A stretch of 15,376 nucleotides of DNA from a candidate division WOR-3 bacterium (lineage in GTDB: Bacteria > Hydrothermota > Tepidihabitantia > Tepidihabitantales > DTDR01): assembly GCA_039801885.1 (NCBI GenBank), contig JBDRVN010000042.1, positions 1 through 15,376 of the forward strand, read 5' to 3'. A program made the translations under genes and the position numbers. Numbering within the stretch: the stretch's first letter is position 1; each line of letters begins with the position of its first letter. A model generated the notes under the pieces. It made no database searches. It was not told the origin of the DNA and was given only the letters and a program-made list of their open reading frames with translations. Below, piece by piece: positions 14,409 to 15,376 of the stretch.

Positions 14409-14702
14409 CTACTCCTCTTTTTGTTTTAACAATCCTCTTAGCAGTTTGATTAGCCTATTTAATATCACACTCAATATTCCCATTCTCAAAAATACCTGAT
14501 AGCGAGAAAGTCTTATAAGTCGATAAGCCCAATCAAAATGGGGTTCAAAAATAAGTTTGTCTTCCTTGTCAATTAAATCCCATTTATCATCCAGCCCTTT
14601 AAAAGGAACCGATTTGCCATCATTATCCTGATCACCATAAGCAAAAAAGAAAAACAGAAGACCAAATAATAAACCCAGTTTTCTAACCCCTTTCTTTTTC
14701 AT
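14409..14702 (-). pseudogene. Probable truncated or decayed secreted WG-repeat gene (signal peptide plus one degenerate repeat)
   Basis: SD AGAGGA, signal peptide MKKKGVRKLGLLFGLLFFFFAYG, then KWDLIDKEDKLIFEPHFDWAY, which matches the neighbouring KWGYINKEGKYVIEPQFDYA with both conserved Gly replaced by Asp. Similarity stops abruptly afterwards. Confidence 0.6.
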
Positions 14703-14725
14703 AAACCATCCTCTTATTAAAAATA

Positions 14726-14753
14726 ATTTTAACCATTTTCACAATTATCTCAA
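14726..14753 (-). promoter_or_regulatory. Putative sigma70-type promoter upstream of the 97-aa ORF / nuclease / C25 peptidase
   Basis: TTGAGA (14753-14748), 16-bp spacer, TAAAAT (14731-14726), followed by a short leader with SD AGAGGA (14714-14709) 6 nt before the ATG at 14702. Confidence 0.45.
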
Positions 14754-14755
14754 AA

Positions 14756-14983
14756 TTATTCATACCCATATACAATCTGACCTTCGTTGTTAATGTAAAA
14801 GTATTTATCACCAATCTTTACCTTCGCCCGTGCCAAACCTTCGGAAAAAGGAAAAGCCTCATCAAATTGGAGTTCGATAACATATTTACCTTCTATATTG
14901 ACATAACCCCATTTGCCCGTTTTCCCATCATAAAGGGGAGATAATTCTTCAGTCATTTTGCCTTTCTTTTTAAATTCATCCAT
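14756..14983 (-). CDS. Short WG-repeat protein, probably a gene fragment
   Basis: GKWGYVNIEGKYVIELQFDEAFPFSEGLARAKVKIGDKYFYINNEG, about 1.5 WG (KWG) repeats. No signal peptide or clear SD. Confidence 0.7.
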   Translation of the reverse strand: MDEFKKKGKMTEELSPLYDGKTGKWGYVNIEGKYVIELQFDEAFPFSEGLARAKVKIGDKYFYINNEGQIVYGYE

Positions 14984-15016
14984 AATTCTAATTCTAATGA
15001 TTAATTAAGTATATGT

Positions 15017-15376
15017 TCATTTAATTTCTTTAATTTCCTTAACAATTTTGCCTTCTTTGTTGATATAAAATAATTTGTCGCTACTCATTACCCGTGCCAA
15101 GCCTCCAGAAAAATCTTCCGCATAATCAAATTGGGGCTCTATCACATACTTGCCTTCCTTGTTTATATATCCCCATTTGCCAATTTTCTCGCCACCAACA
15201 TTTACCACTGCCAATCCTTCAGAAAAATCAGAAGCCCAATCAAATTGGGGATCGATCACAACTCTGCCCTCCTTGTCAATATATCTCCATTTGCTACCAG
15301 TAATAAAACCATATTCATCTAGTTTACCACCAATCCTTACCACTGCCAATCCTTCAGAAAAATCAGAAGCCCAATC
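15017..15376 (-). CDS. WG-repeat (KWG) protein, 5'-truncated by the window edge
   Basis: The frame is open from 15376 (DWASDFSEGLAVVRIGG...), so the track start at 15349 is an internal TTG. Repeats KWRYIDKEGRVVIDPQFDWASDFSEGLAVV and KWGYINKEGKYVIEPQFDYAEDFSGGLARV. Confidence 0.9.
   Translation of the reverse strand, partial: DWASDFSEGLAVVRIGGKLDEYGFITGSKWRYIDKEGRVVIDPQFDWASDFSEGLAVVNVGGEKIGKWGYINKEGKYVIEPQFDYAEDFSGGLARVMSSDKLFYINKEGKIVKEIKEIK
15202..15376. repeat. Exact 40-bp direct repeat within the WG-repeat gene (15202-15241 and 15337-15376)
   Basis: TTACCACTGCCAATCCTTCAGAAAAATCAGAAGCCCAATC occurs twice, 135 bp (45 codons) apart, encoding DWASDFSEGLAVV. The second copy is cut by the window end. 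Confidence 0.95.

Noticed and set aside
14984-15016. AATTCT tandem and TTAATTAA palindrome between WG ORFs
   Set aside because: Too short and low-complexity to be significant in such AT-rich DNA.
14756-15200. Possible diversity-generating retroelement template/variable repeat pair between the two WG ORF C-termini
   Set aside because: Manual codon alignment shows differences at all four bases, largely synonymous third positions plus an indel, not adenine-specific. No reverse transcriptase in the window.
15094-15322. Plus-strand ORFs 15094-15303 and 15131-15322 with apparent internal repeats
   Set aside because: Their repetitiveness simply mirrors the antisense WG repeats.
15202-15376. 40-bp direct repeat as a CRISPR repeat or mobile-element end
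   Set aside because: In frame within a coding repeat with a 135-bp period; the 95-bp intervening sequence is itself WG-repeat coding. No cas or transposase genes.

Overview
AT-rich (roughly 30% GC by eye), gene-dense bacterial chromosomal segment. The gene content (PorU-like C25 peptidase, short archaeal-type AspRS) suggests a deep-branching FCB-associated or WOR-3-like lineage; this is inference, not a database result. Left to right: (1) a minus-strand, translationally coupled tRNA-dependent Asn/Gln amidation operon, aspS (short non-discriminating type) - HD hydrolase - gatC - gatA, with gatA running off the left edge and missing from the ORF track; (2) a 91-bp divergent control region with two back-to-back sigma70-like promoters, each with its -10 box 7 nt from an ATG (leaderless), and a central 18-bp palindrome; (3) a plus-strand, ATGA-coupled operon of four uncharacterised membrane proteins (first is FN3-like plus DUF6754-like); (4) a minus-strand operon trkA/ktrA - TPR - MEMO1/AMMECR1 fusion with a lipoprotein-like leader - LVIVD beta-propeller; (5) a 1201-aa PorU-like C25 cysteine peptidase with a T9SS-type C-terminal domain; (6) an accessory right end with an Hjc-like PD-(D/E)xK nuclease and tandem WG-repeat genes or fragments. 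The best candidate for an undescribed system is the four-gene membrane operon. Genes 1 and 3 appear to be paralogues whose soluble domains are predicted on opposite sides of the membrane, and gene 4 has a three-fold helical-hairpin repeat, an architecture suggesting a pseudo-symmetric transporter or trans-membrane signalling complex. No rRNA, tRNA, CRISPR array or transposase was seen.
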